From Paracoccus suum (GTDB lineage: Bacteria; Pseudomonadota; Alphaproteobacteria; Rhodobacterales; Rhodobacteraceae), in contig NZ_CP030918.1 in NCBI RefSeq assembly GCF_003324675.1, positions 2,910,001-2,942,000 of the forward strand: a DNA stretch of 32,000 nucleotides, read 5' to 3'. This document shows positions 16,265 to 25,970 of this stretch, in pieces. Position 1 is the first letter of the stretch. Each line of letters begins with the position of its first letter. The notes beneath the pieces are model-generated. The model ran no database searches. It was not told the origin of the DNA and saw only the letters and a program-made list of their open reading frames with translations. Both the position numbers and the translations under genes were made by a program.

Positions 16265-16821
16265 CCACCGCAGCGCTGTTGCTGGCCGCGGGACAGTCGC
16301 GGCGCTTTGGCCCACGGGACAAGCTGCTTGCCCCTCTGGACGGCCGCACGGTGATCGAAGGGGCGATGGCCCCCCTGCTTGGCGCGCAGGTTCAGCACCG
16401 CCTGGCTGTCGTTTCCAGCGAGGCGGTCGCCGTCATTGCGTCAACGGCGGGATTTGAGGTGGTGATGGTGCCCACAGACATGCCGCAATCGCATAGCCTC
16501 TTCGCCGGCATCGAGCATTTGGCAAAGGCGGACGCGGCCCGTGCGCTGATTGCCCTCGGCGATATGCCATTCCTGCAAGCAACCGACATCGACGCGCTGC
16601 TGGGACTAGCCGGCGATGACACCGCCTGCACGGAGAGGGACGGCACCCCCCTGCCCCCGGCCGTCTTTCCGCGCCGCATCTGGCCTGCCCTGACCGCGCT
16701 CTCTGGCGATCGCGGCGCGGGCAGCCTGCTGCCCAATATTCCGGCCCAGCGGCGTCTCGCCTTGCCAGCGGCGCGGCTTCGCGATGTCGACCTGCCCGCC
16801 GATCTTGCGCTGCCGCGTTGA
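16261..16821 (+). CDS. mocA: MobA-like NTP transferase, probably molybdenum cofactor cytidylyltransferase
   Basis: ORF 16105..16821 trimmed to the GTG at 16261, which overlaps the upstream stop (GTGA). LLLAAGQSRRFG...DKLL is the MobA/MocA nucleotide-binding motif, and LGDMPF is the conserved acidic motif. It is the last gene of the pao-like operon. Confidence 0.7.
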   Translation: MTTAALLLAAGQSRRFGPRDKLLAPLDGRTVIEGAMAPLLGAQVQHRLAVVSSEAVAVIASTAGFEVVMVPTDMPQSHSLFAGIEHLAKADAARALIALGDMPFLQATDIDALLGLAGDDTACTERDGTPLPPAVFPRRIWPALTALSGDRGAGSLLPNIPAQRRLALPAARLRDVDLPADLALPR

Positions 16822-16950
16822 AATAACTCGCTTTGACTCTGGCGGCATATGCTTCTAGCACGCCCGTTCGGCTTGTCCCACAAGGCGCGGCGCATTGCGG
16901 CCGCACGGACCGTGCCGTTCACCGGCCGACGGCCAGATCCAGGCAGACCA

Positions 16951-18876
16951 ATGACCCAGAATGATATCGCAGCGCCCTTGGCGGCTGCATTGGCCGAACG
17001 AGGCTACGAGGCCCTGACCTCCGTCCAGCAGGCGATGCTGAACCCCGACGCCCGGGGGCGCGACCTGCTGGTCTCGGCCCAGACCGGGTCGGGCAAGACC
17101 GCGGCCTTCGGCATCGCCGCCGCGCCCGACTTGCTCGACACCGCCGGCATGATGCCCGCCGGCACCGCGCCGCTGGCGCTGGTCATCGCCCCGACGCGCG
17201 AGCTGGCGCTGCAGGTCTCGGCCGAGCTGGCCTGGCTCTACGCCGCCACCGGCGCGCAGATCGCGACCTGCGTCGGCGGCATGGACTTTCGCAACGAGCG
17301 CCGGGCGCTGCAGCGTGGGGCGCAGATCGTTGTCGGCACGCCCGGCCGCCTGCGCGATCATATCGAGCGCAGCAGCCTCGATCTGTCGGACCTGCGCGTC
17401 GCCGTGCTGGACGAAGCGGACGAGATGCTGGACCTCGGCTTTCGCGAGGATCTGGAGTTCATTCTGCAATCCGGCCAGGCCGAGCGCCGCACCCTGATGT
17501 TCTCCGCCACGGTGCCCGCGGCAATTGCCAAATTGGCGCGCGATTTCCAGCGTGACGCCCTGCGCATCGCGGCGACGGGCGAGGCGCGCCAGCATGGCGA
17601 CATCACGTACCGCGCGCTGTCGATCGCGACGCGCGACCGCGAGAACGCCATTTTCAACCTGCTGCGCTTTTACGAGGCGCGCACCGCCATCGTGTTCTGC
17701 AAGACACGCGCCAACGTGAACCACCTTCTCGCGCGGATGGGCAACCGCGGCTTCAGCGTCGTGGCGCTGTCGGGCGAATTGTCCCAGCAGGAGCGCACCC
17801 ATGCCCTGCAGGCCCTGCGCGACGGCCGCGCGCGCGTCTGCATCGCAACCGACGTCGCCGCGCGCGGCATCGACTTGCCGGGGCTGGAACTGGTGATCCA
17901 CGCCGACCTGCCGACCAATTCCGAGACTCTGCTGCACCGCTCGGGCCGCACCGGCCGCGCGGGCGCCAAGGGCGTCTCGGCGCTGATCGTGCCGCCCTCG
18001 GACTACAAGAAGGCGCAGCGTCTGCTGGAGGGCGCGAAGGTTGTCGCCGAATGGGGTAAGGCCCCATCAGCCGACGAGGTCAGCGCCCGCGACGATGCGC
18101 GGATGCTTGACGATCCGGCCCTGCGCGCGCCGCTGGAGGACATGAGCGTCGCCCATGACCTGCTGGCCCGCATCGGGCCCGAGCAACTGGCCGCCGCATT
18201 CGTCAACCTGTGGCGCAATGGCCGCCCGCCGCCGGAGGAGATGACCGAGAGCGCCCCGATCCCCGAGGCCGGGGCCCCGCGCCAGCAGCGCGAGTTCGGT
18301 GTATCGGTCTGGTTCGAACTGTCGGTCGGCCACACCGGCCGCGCCGAGGCCCGCTGGCTGCTGCCGAAAATCTGCGAGGCCGGCGGCATCACCCGCGACG
18401 CCATCGGTGCGATCCGCGTGCGCGAGGACGAGACCTTCGTGCAGATCGCAAGTGGCGACGCGCCCCGCTTTGCCGAGGTAACCGAAATCGCCCCGGGCCT
18501 GACCATGCGCCGCCTCAATGGCGAGCCGAACCTCGAGCGCAAGACCGACCGTCCCGCCCATGCAAAGCCCGCCAAGCCCTATGCCAAGCGCAAGGCGGAG
18601 GCCGATGCCGAGGCACCGGGCCGGTCCGGGCCAAGCGCCCCTCCGGCCAAGCCCGCGCCGACCTGGACCCCCATCGACCGGAACAGCGACGCCGCACCAG
18701 TCGAGGCCGCCGGCGCCCCGCGCGTCAAGCAACGCTGGACCGGCCCGCAAAAGGCGGCAAAGGCCAAGGCCGCGGGTAAACCCGCAGGGGGTGCGGCCGG
18801 GACGACCCCTGGCAAGGGATGGGCTGCGGCAAAACCGAAAGCCAAGCATCCGGGGCCGGCAAAGCCGAAGCGGTGA
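16951..18876 (+). CDS. DEAD-box ATP-dependent RNA helicase with a DbpA-type RNA-binding domain and a basic Lys/Ala/Pro-rich tail
   Basis: Motifs AQTGSGKT, PTRELA, VLDEADEML, SAT, ATDVAARGID and HRSGRTGRAG are present. A DbpA-like RBD follows (VWFELSVGHTGRAEARWLLPKICEAGGITRDAIGAIRV). The start is set at ATG 16951. The longer ORF from ATG 16849 shows weaker third-position GC bias by eye. Confidence 0.88.
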   Translation: MTQNDIAAPLAAALAERGYEALTSVQQAMLNPDARGRDLLVSAQTGSGKTAAFGIAAAPDLLDTAGMMPAGTAPLALVIAPTRELALQVSAELAWLYAATGAQIATCVGGMDFRNERRALQRGAQIVVGTPGRLRDHIERSSLDLSDLRVAVLDEADEMLDLGFREDLEFILQSGQAERRTLMFSATVPAAIAKLARDFQRDALRIAATGEARQHGDITYRALSIATRDRENAIFNLLRFYEARTAIVFCKTRANVNHLLARMGNRGFSVVALSGELSQQERTHALQALRDGRARVCIATDVAARGIDLPGLELVIHADLPTNSETLLHRSGRTGRAGAKGVSALIVPPSDYKKAQRLLEGAKVVAEWGKAPSADEVSARDDARMLDDPALRAPLEDMSVAHDLLARIGPEQLAAAFVNLWRNGRPPPEEMTESAPIPEAGAPRQQREFGVSVWFELSVGHTGRAEARWLLPKICEAGGITRDAIGAIRVREDETFVQIASGDAPRFAEVTEIAPGLTMRRLNGEPNLERKTDRPAHAKPAKPYAKRKAEADAEAPGRSGPSAPPAKPAPTWTPIDRNSDAAPVEAAGAPRVKQRWTGPQKAAKAKAAGKPAGGAAGTTPGKGWAAAKPKAKHPGPAKPKR

Positions 18877-18889
18877 CCTCGGGGGAAAG

Positions 18890-18914
18890 CGTGCCCGCGC
18901 GGCGCGTGGGCGCG
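18890..18914. terminator. Hairpin between the convergent helicase and tauE-family genes
   Basis: An 11-bp stem (18890-18900 pairs with 18904-18914, including two G-U pairs) with a 3-nt loop, in the 38-nt convergent gap. There is no U-tract, so this is weak. Confidence 0.25.
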
Positions 18915-19625
18915 TCACCCCTTGAGCATCAGGATCACGCCGCTGGCGATCGAGAAAATCAGGACGGCCACGCGCAGCGCCGGGCCGTTGATCCGGGCGT
19001 GCGAGAGGCGGGATAGCACGGTTCCGGCCAGTGTCGCCGGGACCAGACAGGCGGCCGCGGTGATCTGGCCCGCATGCACCGCGCCCGACGCCGCAAGGAT
19101 GACAAGCGAGATGACCTCGCCCGCCAGGAAGCAAAGCGCGACCGTCGCGCGCAGGACCGGGCCAGATGCGTGCTGGTAGAGTAGCGCAAGCGGCGGCCCG
19201 GCGATGCCGGTCGCGGTTTCCGTCACGCCGGTGAACAGCCCGGCCCCCAGCCCGGCGGCGCGGGTCGGATTGAACGGCGGGGCCATCAGCGCAATGACGG
19301 CGGCCAGAACGGTGAACAGGCCGACGGCAAGTTCCAACTGGCGCAGGGAGAGCGCCGCCAGCACCCAAATGCCAAGGAAGGTCCCAAAGAAACGGCCAAC
19401 CATGACCCATCGCGCGCCCCGCCAGTCCACCGCCTTCCGCTCGCGATAGACGACCAGAAGGTTGAGCGGGATCATGAGCATCAGGAGGGTGATCGGCAGC
19501 AGCGAGGGCGCAACAAAGGCAAGGATCGGCGCCATGATCAGCGCAAAGCCTATCCCGACGCTGCCCTGCACGAATGCGGAAAAGCATACGGCCAGCGACA
19601 GGCCAACAAACGTCAGGAACGTCAT
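18915..19625 (-). CDS. TauE/SafE-family (DUF81) anion/sulfite exporter-type membrane protein
   Basis: 236 aa and very hydrophobic, with ~7-8 TM helices. The N-terminus MTFLTFVGLSLAVCFSAFVQGSVGIGFALIMAPIL and the internal repeat GLFTGVTETATGIAGPPLAL are typical of the TauE/SafE family. Confidence 0.75.
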   Translation of the reverse strand: MTFLTFVGLSLAVCFSAFVQGSVGIGFALIMAPILAFVAPSLLPITLLMLMIPLNLLVVYRERKAVDWRGARWVMVGRFFGTFLGIWVLAALSLRQLELAVGLFTVLAAVIALMAPPFNPTRAAGLGAGLFTGVTETATGIAGPPLALLYQHASGPVLRATVALCFLAGEVISLVILAASGAVHAGQITAAACLVPATLAGTVLSRLSHARINGPALRVAVLIFSIASGVILMLKG

Positions 19626-19865
19626 TTCGCCCGCGTTTTCGGGCTGCGGCCGCCGAGCGGGCGAGCCCGGCAGACCAGCGCGGTTTCGTCGCCTCTACCC
19701 TCGTGGAACGCACTTGACGACCTGGGCGCGGCGAGTTCGACGAGCAAACCTTCGAACAAGCCGAACGGCCTGTCGAAAAAGATCGCGTCAACTTGGGGAA
19801 TATTGTCCCTGCTCACATTACATACGCGTAGTTATGCAACGATTTCAGGTGGCTGAGAGAACTTT

Positions 19866-19940
19866 TGGCTCCGGCGGTAGGGATCGAACCTACGACCAAT
19901 TGATTAACAGTCAACTGCTCTACCGCTGAGCTACGCCGGA
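19866..19940 (-). tRNA. tRNA-Asn (anticodon GUU)
   Basis: The reverse complement reads TCCGGCGTAGCTCAGCGGTAGAGCAGTTGACTGTTAATCAATTGGTCGTAGGTTCGATCCCTACCGCCGGAGCCA. It has a 7-bp acceptor stem (TCCGGCG/CGCCGGA), D-arm AGCTCAGCGGTAGAGC, anticodon loop CT-GTT-AA, T-arm GGTTCGATCC and an encoded CCA. Confidence 0.95.
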
Positions 19941-19999
19941 ACACGGGGCGCGTATAGCAACGGGGTTTTGGGGCGTCCAGTAGGGGCGGCACATATTTG

Positions 20000-20845
20000 T
20001 CAGCTTCGTGAAAAACGGGCGGCGGCGCCCGGTTCGCGGTCCACCGACAGCGCGCCGAGATCGTACAGGGCCAGCAGATGCGACAGCACGTTGCGGGCGG
20101 CCGCCGGGATCAGCGCCGGAGGGACGGTGTAGATGCGGCGCGCCAGTTCTTCGGCGGTGGCGGGACCGGGTTGCAGCGCGGCCAGAATCTCGGCCGTGCG
20201 GGCGCGGCGATGGGCCAGCAATTCCTCGATCCGCCCGGCCGGGTCGTCGATGGGCGCCCCGTGCGCGGGCAACAGCTGCCGCGTGCCCAGCGCCGCGATG
20301 CGGGCCAGCGAGCGCAGATAGTCAGTCAGGTCGCCGTCCGGGGGGGAGATCAGGGTCGAGGACCAGCCGAGGATCAGATCGCCGCAAAACAGCAGGTCAC
20401 CCCACAGAAAGCTCATGTGCGGCGCCGAATGGCCCGGGGTCCATAGGGCCGTCAGCTGCCAGTCCGCATCGGCGATCACCTCGCCGTCGCGGAGCCGGCG
20501 GTCCGGGCAAAAGCCGAAATCGAGCCCCTCACCGCCGCCGATCTCTGCCCCCGCGAGCGTGGCCATCAGCGGCGCGCGGCCCTCCAGCGGACCGCCAAAA
20601 CCCAGTACGGGCGCGCCGGTCGCCTCGGCCAGTGCTCGTGCCCCGCCGCAATGGTCGAGGTGGGGATGCGTGATCAGGATGGCCCGCACCGGCCGGCCGC
20701 CGACCTCGGCGAGGATCGCCGCCAGATGCGCGGAATCGGACGGGCCCGGGTCGATGATCGCCAGATCCCCGTCCCCCAGAACGAAGGTATTGGTGCCCGG
20801 CCCGGTCAGCGGCGACGGGTTGCCGGCAGTCAGCACTCGCAGCAT
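20000..20845 (-). CDS. MBL-fold metallo-hydrolase (LACTB2/glyoxalase II-like)
   Basis: 281 aa. It has the HPHLDHCGG metal-binding motif, plus TPGHS and a downstream H/D ligand pattern. A C-terminal helical extension resembles beta-lactamase-like protein 2 relatives. Confidence 0.8.
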   Translation of the reverse strand: MLRVLTAGNPSPLTGPGTNTFVLGDGDLAIIDPGPSDSAHLAAILAEVGGRPVRAILITHPHLDHCGGARALAEATGAPVLGFGGPLEGRAPLMATLAGAEIGGGEGLDFGFCPDRRLRDGEVIADADWQLTALWTPGHSAPHMSFLWGDLLFCGDLILGWSSTLISPPDGDLTDYLRSLARIAALGTRQLLPAHGAPIDDPAGRIEELLAHRRARTAEILAALQPGPATAEELARRIYTVPPALIPAAARNVLSHLLALYDLGALSVDREPGAAARFSRS

Positions 20846-20894
20846 GATCCCTCACTTGTCGCGGCCACGTTAGGGACGGGAATCGGGAACGACA

Positions 20895-22241
20895 ATGCAG
20901 GGCGGCTTCGACTGGCTCAAGCAGATCGGACCGCGCAGCCTTTACGGGCGCGCGGCCCTGATCCTGGTGCTGCCGGTCGTGGTGGTCACGTTGGTCGTTT
21001 CGGTCGTGTTCCTGCAACGCCATTTCGAGGGCGTGACGCGGCAGATGACCGCGTCGATGGCGCGCGAGATCGGCTTGGTGGCTGAGCTGATCGACGCAGC
21101 GCCGGATGCCCCCGCGGCCCTTGTGGCCACGGCGGGACCGGCGGGTCCGCTGGACCTGCAGGTCGCCCTGCCCGCCGCACCGCAGATGGGCGTGCGCCGC
21201 GACCGTGACGATTTTTCGGGGAGGGTGGTCGCCGAGGAAATGCGCGCCCGGGTGCCGGCAGTCACCGCGGTCGATCTGACCCGCAAGGGGCGCGTAATCC
21301 TGACCCTCGATACCCGCCATGGCGCGGCGCAGATCACCTTTGCCCGCGCGCGTGTCAGTGCCGCCAACCCTCACCAATTGCTGGTGCTGATGGTGTTCAC
21401 CGCGCTGCTCGCCTCGGGGATCGCGTCGATCTTTTTGCGCAACCAGCTGCGCCCGATCCGGCGCCTCGCCCGCGCCGCCGAGGAGTTCGGCAAGGGCCGC
21501 AACGTGCCCTATCGCCCCGCCGGCGCCATCGAGATTCGCAGCGCCGGCGCTGCCTTTCTGGACATGCGCAGCCGCATCGAGCGCCAGATCGAACAGCGCA
21601 CCCTGATGTTGTCGGGCGTCAGCCACGATCTGCGCACCCCCCTGACCCGGCTGCGGCTCGGCCTTTCGATGCTGCCCACCGACGAGCCCCCCTCGCCGGC
21701 CGAGATCGCGGATCTGGAGCGTGACGTCGACGACATGGCCCGGCTGGTCGACGCGTTTCTCGACTTTACCCATGCGGATGCCCACGACCGCCCGCCCGAA
21801 CATCTGCCAGCATTGCCTTTCGTCGCCGAACTGGTGGGCGACGCCCGCCGGGCCGGGCAGCCGGTGACGCTGGGGCCGATGGAGGGCGACCCGAATGGCC
21901 TCGCCGCTTTCCGCCCCGATGCCCTGCGCCGGGCAGTTGGCAACCTGATCGGCAATGCCGTGCGCTATGGTAGCCGGGCCGAGGTCGACGCCGCCCTGCT
22001 GCCCCGCAGCTTGCGCATCAGCGTCGAGGATGACGGCCCCGGCATCCCGGCCGACCAGCGGGACGAGGCGCAACGGCCGTTCACCCGGCTCGACCCGTCG
22101 CGCAATCAGGACCGGGGCGGCGGCGTCGGCCTGGGCCTCTCGATTGCCGCCGACATCGCCCGCGCCCATGGCGGGCAGTTGCGCCTGACCGACGGCGCCC
22201 GCCTCGGCGGTCTGCGGGCCGAGATCGTCCTGCCGCGTTAA
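20895..22241 (+). CDS. EnvZ-like transmembrane sensor histidine kinase (no adjacent response regulator)
   Basis: 448 aa with two TM segments ([19 protein letters not shown] and [20 protein letters not shown]) flanking a ~130-aa periplasmic loop. It has a HAMP domain, H-box [22 protein letters not shown] (near-identical to the EnvZ H-box as I remember it), N-box [11 protein letters not shown]1 DDGPGI and G2 [10 protein letters not shown]. Confidence 0.88.
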   Translation: MQGGFDWLKQIGPRSLYGRAALILVLPVVVVTLVVSVVFLQRHFEGVTRQMTASMAREIGLVAELIDAAPDAPAALVATAGPAGPLDLQVALPAAPQMGVRRDRDDFSGRVVAEEMRARVPAVTAVDLTRKGRVILTLDTRHGAAQITFARARVSAANPHQLLVLMVFTALLASGIASIFLRNQLRPIRRLARAAEEFGKGRNVPYRPAGAIEIRSAGAAFLDMRSRIERQIEQRTLMLSGVSHDLRTPLTRLRLGLSMLPTDEPPSPAEIADLERDVDDMARLVDAFLDFTHADAHDRPPEHLPALPFVAELVGDARRAGQPVTLGPMEGDPNGLAAFRPDALRRAVGNLIGNAVRYGSRAEVDAALLPRSLRISVEDDGPGIPADQRDEAQRPFTRLDPSRNQDRGGGVGLGLSIAADIARAHGGQLRLTDGARLGGLRAEIVLPR

Positions 22242-22255
22242 GCGGGTCTTGCCCG

Positions 22256-25200
22256 GTGCGCTTGACGCCCGCCGGCCAAGTTGCAAGCACTTGGGCAGGC
22301 AACAGGGCGGGCGCGACATTGGATCAAGACAACGGCGCGGGCGGCATCTGGGATTTCTGGATCGACCGTGGGGGCACGTTCACGGACGTTATCGGCCGCG
22401 CCCCAGACGGCGCCCTGACCCCGCTGAAGCTGCTGTCGGAAAACCCCGGCGCCTATGAGGACGCGGCGGTCGAGGGCATCCGCCGGTTGCTGGGCGGCAC
22501 ACTGTCGCCGGACCGGATCGGGACTGTCCGCATGGGCACCACCGTCGCCACCAACGCCCTGCTCGAACGTAAGGGCGAGCCGACCGCGCTGTTGATTACG
22601 CGCGGCTTTCGCGACGCGCTGCGCATCGCCTACCAAGCGCGGCCCGACATCTTCGCCAAGGACATCATCCTGCCCGAGCAACTGTATCAGCGCGTTATCG
22701 AGGTGCCCGAGCGGCTGCTGCCCGATGGCTCGGTCGAGGCTCCGCTGGATCTGGCCGCCATCGAGGGCGATCTGGCCGGGCTGAAGGCCGCGGGCTTCGA
22801 CGCGGTGGCCATCGCACTGATGCATTCCTGGATGAATCCCGCGCATGAAATCGCCTTGGCTGCAGCCGTCCGGGCCATGGGATTTTCCCAGGTCAGCGTC
22901 AGCCACGAGGTCAGTCCGCTGGTCAAGCTGATCGGCCGCGGCGACACGACAGTGGTGGACGCCTACCTCTCGCCGATCCTGCGACGCTACGTGGCGCGGG
23001 TGGGCGCGGCGCTTGGCGCCACCCCGGCCGGCGCGCCCGGACCGACCCTGCAATTCATGATGAGCAGCGGCGGGCTGACCGCGGCCGAGCGGTTCCAGGG
23101 CAAGGATGCGATCCTGTCGGGCCCGGCGGGCGGCGTTGTCGGCATGGTCCGCACCGCCGAGGCGAGCGGGTTCGACCGGGTGATCGGCTTTGACATGGGC
23201 GGCACCTCGACCGACGTCGCCCATGCCGCCGGCGCGTTCGAGCGGGCATTCGACACCGAGGTCGCGGGCGTGCGCATCCGCGCCCCGATGATGCGCATCC
23301 ACACCGTCGCCGCCGGCGGCGGCAGCGTCCTGCATGCCGAGCCGGGCCGATTTCGGGTCGGCCCGGACAGCGCCGGCGCCGACCCCGGCCCCGCCGCCTA
23401 TCGGAGGGGCGGGCCGCTGACGGTGACGGATGCCAACGTCATGCTCGGCAAGCTGAACCCCGACCTCTTCCCGGCGATCTTCGGACCCGGACAGGACCAG
23501 CCGCTGGACCGCGCGGTCGTGGCCGCGCAGTTCGCCCGGATCGGACAGGAGGCGGGGATCAGTCCCGAGGCCGCGGCTGAAGGCTTCATCCGCATTGCCG
23601 TCGACAACATGGCCAATGCGATCAAGAAGATCAGCGTTCAGCGCGGGCATGACGTGACCCGCTATCTGCTGAACAGCTTTGGCGGCGCTGGCGGACAACA
23701 CGCCTGCCTTGTCGCCGATGCGCTGGGGATGGAAGCGGTGCTGGTCCATCCAATGTCGGGCCTGCTGTCGGCCTATGGCATCGGCCTCGCGCAGGTGTCG
23801 GTCAGCCGCCAACAAGGGCTGGTCGCGGGGCTGGGGGAAGCCGCGCGCCTTGCCGAGGCTGAAGCGGCATTGACCGAGGCGACGCGGGCCGATCTGGCGG
23901 CCCAAGGTATTGCGGATTCGCGCACCACCGCGACCGTGCATCTGCGCTACGAGGGCACCGACAGCACCCTGCCTATCGACTGGACCGGCGATCCCGCCGT
24001 CGCCCGCGCCGCCTTCGAGGCAGCGCACCGCGCCCAGTTCGGCTTTATCGCCCCGGACCGGGCGCTGATCGTCGAGACGCTGGAGGTCGAGGCAGCCGAG
24101 CCGCGGCGGAGCGGCAGCGAGGCGGCCACGGAAGGCCTGCCGGACCGCGAGCGCACGGCGGCGCAGACCGCCCCGGTCTACAGCGGCGGCGCATGGCATC
24201 AGGCCGGCGTCTTTCACCGCGACGATCTGGCACCGGGCGATGCCATCCCCGGCCCCGCCCTCATCATCGAGCGCAACCAGACCATCGCGGTCGAGCCCGG
24301 CTGGACCGCGCGCCTGACCCCCGACGATGCCATCATCCTGACCCGTCACGCCCCCCGCGCCCGCACCGCTGCGGCGGGGACTGAGGTCGACCCGATCCTG
24401 CTCGAGGTGTTCAACAACCTCTTCATGAACATCGCCGAGCAGATGGGGCTGGCGCTGCAGATGACGGCGCAGAGCGTCAACATCAAGGAGCGGCTCGACT
24501 TCTCCTGCGCGGTGTTCGATGCGGCGGGCAATCTGGTGGCCAATGCCCCGCATATTCCGGTGCATCTGGGCAGCATGGACGCAAGCGTCCAGACTGTGAT
24601 GGCCGCCAATCCCAAAATCCGGCCGGGCGACGTTTTCGCCCTGAATGCACCCTATAACGGCGGCACCCACCTACCCGATATCACGGTCGTCTCGCCGGTG
24701 TTCGACGACGCCGGCGAGGCGATCCTGTTCTGGGTCGCGGCGCGTGGACACCACGCCGACATCGGTGGGACCGCGCCCGGCAGCATGACCCCGCTCGCGA
24801 CCACGGTCGACGAGGAGGGGGTTCTGATCGACAACTACCTGCTGGTCAGCGAAGGCCGCTTTCGCGAGGCGGAAACCTTGCGCCTGCTGACTGACCACCG
24901 TTGGCCCTGTCGCAACCCGGCCACCAATATCGCCGACCTCAAGGCCCAGGTCGCGGCCAATGCCCGTGGCGCGGCCGAGCTGCAGCGCATGGTGGCCGAT
25001 TTCACCCTGCCGGTGGTGCAGGCCTATATGCGGCATGTTCAAGACAATGCGGCCGAGGAGGTCGCGCGCCTGGTCGGGCGACTGCAAGACGCCGAATACG
25101 AATATCCGACCGACACCGGCCAGGTGATCCGGGTGCGCATCAGCGTCGATCGCGCGGCCCGCAGCGCGACCATAGATTTCACCGGCACCTCGGACGCGCA

Positions 25201-25927
25201 GGCCAACAATTTCAATGCGCCGGCCCCGGTGACGCGGGCCGCGGTCCTTTACTGCCTGCGAGTGATGGTCGAAGCCCCGATCCCGATGAATGCCGGTTGC
25301 CTGCGGCCGATCAACATCCTCATCCCCGAGGGCTCGATGTTGCGGCCCGCCTGGCCGCGCGCCGTCGTCGCCGGAAATGTCGAGACCAGCCAGCATGTCA
25401 CAAACGCCATTTTCGGCGCGCTGGGCGTGATGGGAAACAGCCAGGGGACGATGAATAACCTGACCTTCGGCAACGACACCTACCAGTATTACGAGACGAT
25501 CTGCTCCGGAGCGCCGGCGGGTATCGACAATGCCGGGCGGGTGTTCGACGGCACCTCGGGGGTGCAGGTCCACATGACCAACAGCCGCCTGACCGACCCC
25601 GAAGTGCTGGAAATGCGGTTCCCCGTTCTGCTGGAGAGCTTTGCCCTGCGGCCCGGCAGCGGCGGGATCGGCGCGGGGCGCGCCGGCGACGGCACGCTGC
25701 GACGCATCCGCTTTCGCGAGGCGATGGAATGCGCGATCCTCTCCAGCCACCGCACCCTTGCGCCGCGGGGCGCTGCCGGTGGCGGCGACGGCGAGCCCGG
25801 CAGGACTACGGTCGAGCGCCTCGACGGCAGCGTCGAGGTTTTGCCCGCCTGCGCGCAAACCATGCTGCAGGCCGGCGAGGTGATCGTGGTCCAGACACCG
25901 ACCGCCGGCGGCTGGGGAAAGGCGTGA
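22256..25927 (+). CDS. ATP-dependent 5-oxoprolinase / fused hydantoinase A-B (HyuA-HyuB) family protein
   Basis: ~1200 aa. The N-terminal part [17 protein letters not shown]...[15 protein letters not shown] is the hydantoinase A/oxoprolinase domain. The C-terminal half ([20 protein letters not shown]...[16 protein letters not shown]...AGNVETSQ) is the hydantoinase B domain. The start is uncertain. The ORF-track start at 22256 is GTG, and in-frame TTG codons at 22262 and 22319 are alternatives. Confidence 0.88.
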   Translation: MRLTPAGQVASTWAGNRAGATLDQDNGAGGIWDFWIDRGGTFTDVIGRAPDGALTPLKLLSENPGAYEDAAVEGIRRLLGGTLSPDRIGTVRMGTTVATNALLERKGEPTALLITRGFRDALRIAYQARPDIFAKDIILPEQLYQRVIEVPERLLPDGSVEAPLDLAAIEGDLAGLKAAGFDAVAIALMHSWMNPAHEIALAAAVRAMGFSQVSVSHEVSPLVKLIGRGDTTVVDAYLSPILRRYVARVGAALGATPAGAPGPTLQFMMSSGGLTAAERFQGKDAILSGPAGGVVGMVRTAEASGFDRVIGFDMGGTSTDVAHAAGAFERAFDTEVAGVRIRAPMMRIHTVAAGGGSVLHAEPGRFRVGPDSAGADPGPAAYRRGGPLTVTDANVMLGKLNPDLFPAIFGPGQDQPLDRAVVAAQFARIGQEAGISPEAAAEGFIRIAVDNMANAIKKISVQRGHDVTRYLLNSFGGAGGQHACLVADALGMEAVLVHPMSGLLSAYGIGLAQVSVSRQQGLVAGLGEAARLAEAEAALTEATRADLAAQGIADSRTTATVHLRYEGTDSTLPIDWTGDPAVARAAFEAAHRAQFGFIAPDRALIVETLEVEAAEPRRSGSEAATEGLPDRERTAAQTAPVYSGGAWHQAGVFHRDDLAPGDAIPGPALIIERNQTIAVEPGWTARLTPDDAIILTRHAPRARTAAAGTEVDPILLEVFNNLFMNIAEQMGLALQMTAQSVNIKERLDFSCAVFDAAGNLVANAPHIPVHLGSMDASVQTVMAANPKIRPGDVFALNAPYNGGTHLPDITVVSPVFDDAGEAILFWVAARGHHADIGGTAPGSMTPLATTVDEEGVLIDNYLLVSEGRFREAETLRLLTDHRWPCRNPATNIADLKAQVAANARGAAELQRMVADFTLPVVQAYMRHVQDNAAEEVARLVGRLQDAEYEYPTDTGQVIRVRISVDRAARSATIDFTGTSDAQANNFNAPAPVTRAAVLYCLRVMVEAPIPMNAGCLRPINILIPEGSMLRPAWPRAVVAGNVETSQHVTNAIFGALGVMGNSQGTMNNLTFGNDTYQYYETICSGAPAGIDNAGRVFDGTSGVQVHMTNSRLTDPEVLEMRFPVLLESFALRPGSGGIGAGRAGDGTLRRIRFREAMECAILSSHRTLAPRGAAGGGDGEPGRTTVERLDGSVEVLPACAQTMLQAGEVIVVQTPTAGGWGKA

Positions 25928-25970
25928 CCCGACCCTAGCGGCTAACGCCTTAGGCTTTCTGAGCCCGGCT

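Noticed and set aside
19622-19816. 64-codon GTG-initiated ORF in the ~240-nt gap between tRNA-Asn and the tauE-family gene. Its stop overlaps the tauE-family start (ATGA), which suggests a coupled upstream ORF.
   Set aside because: It has no Shine-Dalgarno, uses several rare AGG/AGA codons, shows weaker third-position GC than real genes (by eye), and its Arg-rich product has no recognisable feature. It is more likely a 5' leader or promoter region. It could be revisited with ribosome profiling.
19866-19940. tRNA-Asn as a possible integration site of a genomic island.
   Set aside because: No integrase, no direct repeat of the tRNA 3' end that I could spot, and ordinary housekeeping-type genes (tauE-family, DEAD helicase, MBL hydrolase) on both sides.
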